This document shows, piece by piece, positions 61,770 through 64,000 of a stretch of 64,000 nucleotides of DNA. The position numbers were made by a program, and so were the translations under genes. Position 1 is the stretch's first letter; each line of letters starts with the position of its first letter. The notes under the pieces are model-generated. The model was given only the letters and a program-made list of their open reading frames with translations. It was not told the origin of the DNA and did not search any database. The DNA is from Squalus acanthias (Eukaryota): NCBI GenBank assembly GCA_030390025.1, contig CM059425.1:165852001-165916000 (forward strand), in the 5' to 3' direction.

Positions 61770-64000
61770 GTCGATAAATCCCAAGGACCGGATGACCTAC
61801 ATACATCCTAGGGTTTTGAAAGAGGTGGCCATTGGGATAGTGGACGCATTAGTTGTCATCTTCCAAAATTCTATGGGGGACAAATTCAGTTGGTTGCGCC
61901 TCCCATTAGCGCCTTAAGAGGGCGCTAATGTGGCGCAAAGCAACTAGCGCCCGGGCGCAGCGATGTTTGCGCCGCTCGCGAAATTAACTAGACATTTTGC
62001 GGCGGCGCTAAACTTTACCACCGCGATCTCCTGCGCACGCAGATCGTGACGTCAGTCAAGTGTGCAGCGCCACGGAGCAGATATTGAGTGGTGCCCCCTG
62101 CCTTACCGCCTGCCGCTAGCAACGACAGGTTGAGGGGAGCGTTTTGCAGTCAGGAAGGGGCTGGGGGAGCGCTATTTAAAGGCGACCGCTTCCTGCCTTT
62201 TTTTGTTGGCAACATTTTTGAACCACGCATTCTGAGAGAGAGAGAGACTTCTGGAGAGATTCAACACTGTGAAGGAGTTTTGGGTACTGAGCAGCACTTT
62301 GCAGGTTCATTTTGATTTGCCCTTCCTTGTATCGATTTAGAAGAGACTGTGGGGGCTGCACTCTGAGCTCTTTCCTTGGGCCTCTCCATTATTATTTCCA
62401 GCAGATTTGATGTACAGGTCTCTCCAGACTGAGATTCAAGGCTGCAGTGAGCAGGATGTGGATGGAAAGCAAGATCAACCTTCCCCTTTAAGAACTGGCT
62501 GTGTTCTATTGCTGACTGACATCTCTTGAGCTTCGCCAGCGCTCTGAGTTAGCGCCTCGCTCCTCGGCCTTTGCGCCTTAAGACAGATGTGTAGTGCCTG
62601 ATTTAGCGCTCCAATCACCTCCAGGGGCGATAAAAGTCAAGTTTGCAGTCGGAGGCGATAATTAGCACCAGGCGCTAATCTTTGCGCCCGGCCGATAATT
62701 GCACCCCAAACGGGGCGATACTGAATTTTTCCCCCTATAGATTCTGGAACGGTTCCTGCAGATTGGAGGATAGCAAATGTAACCCCGCTATTTAAGAAAG
62801 GAGGGAGAGCAAAAACGGGGAACTACAGACCTGTTAGCCTCACATCAGTAGTTGGGAAAATGCTGGAATCTATTATAAAGGATGCAATAACTGGGCAGTT
62901 AGAAACTAATTGTAAGATTGGGCAGAGTCAACATGGATTTATGAAAGGGAAATCCTGTTTGGAAAAACCTATTGGAGTTCTTTGAGGATGTAACTAATGG
63001 AGTAGACAATGGGGAACCGGTAGATGTGGTGTATCTGGATTTTCAGAAGGCCTTCGATAAGGTCCCATACAAGAGGTTGGTGAACAAAATTAGGGCACAT
63101 GGAATTGGGGGTAACATGGATTGAGAATTGGTTAACAGACAGAAAACAAAGAGTAGGGATAAACGAGTCTTTTTCAGGATGGCAGGCTGTGACTAGTGGG
63201 GTACCACAAGGATCGGTACTTGGGCCCCAGCTATTCACAATCTATATCAATGATTTGGATGAGGGGACTAAAGGTAACATTTCCAAATTTGCTGATGATA
63301 CAAAGCTAGGTGGCAGTGTCAGTTGTGAAGAGGATGTGAAGAGGCTTCAAGGGGACCTGGATAGGCTCAGTGAGTGGGCGAGAATATGGCAGATGGAATA
63401 TAATGTGGATAAATGTAAAGTTATCCACTTTGGTAGAAAAAACAGAAAGGTGAAAGATTGGGGAATGCAGATGCTCAAAGGGACCTGGGTGTCCTTGTAC
63501 ATGAGTCACTGAAAGTGAATGTGCAGGTGCAGCAAGCCATTACGAAGGCAAATGGTATGCTGGCCTTCATTACAAGAGGATTTGAGTACAGGAGTAAAGA
63601 AGTCTTACTCCAATTATATAGGGCCTTGGTGAGACCACACCTGGAGTACTGTGTACAATTTTGGTCTCCTTACCTAAGGAAGGATATACTTGCCATAGAG
63701 GGAGTGCAGCGAAGGTTCACGAGATTGATTCCTGGGATGGCGGGACTGTCGTATGAGAGAGATTGAGTAAACTAGGCCTGTATTCTCTTGAATTCAGAAG
63801 AATGAGAGGGGATCTCATTGAAGCATACAAAATTATTACAGGGCTTGATAAGGTGGATGCTGGGAGAATGTTTCCCTTGGCTGGGGAGTCTAGAACCAGG
63901 GGCCACAGCCTCAGGATAAAGGGTAGGCCATTCAGGACTGAGATGAAAAGACATTTCTTCATATAGAGGGTGGTGAATCTTTGGAATTCTCTACCCCAGA
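61770..64000 (+). mobile_element. CR1 (HER1-like) ORF2 remnant, runs off window
   Basis: [49 protein letters not shown]; several frameshifts. Confidence 0.93.
61875..62735. mobile_element. PIF/Harbinger-type MITE nested in CR1
   Basis: 16-bp TIR GGGGGACAAATTCAGT / ACTGAATTTTTCCCCC (1 mismatch); exact TAT TSD; removal restores CR1 FQNSIDSGTVP. Confidence 0.92.

Overview
Eukaryotic, repeat-dense, largely non-coding DNA, most likely from a cartilaginous fish (shark/ray). This rests on HER1-type CR1 3' tails, Deu-domain SINEs and Neptune-type Penelope elements, recognised from memory of the families and not from a database search. Roughly half of the window is transposon-derived: many CR1 copies (one nearly complete), a second CR1-group LINE family in four copies, L2 and RTE fragments, Penelope-like elements (one with an uninterrupted RT+GIY-YIG frame and minimal hammerhead ribozymes), an internally deleted PIF/Harbinger element plus about ten Harbinger-type MITEs, three hAT MITEs and Tigger/pogo-like MITEs, often nested. 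No host gene is recognisable, although two clusters of plus-strand candidate exons exist. The most unusual object is a 3.3-kb LINE at 16470-19770. It has a tRNA-derived Pol III head instead of ORF1, no in-frame AUG before or within its endonuclease domain, almost no internal T4 terminators, and a T-run just after its 3' end.
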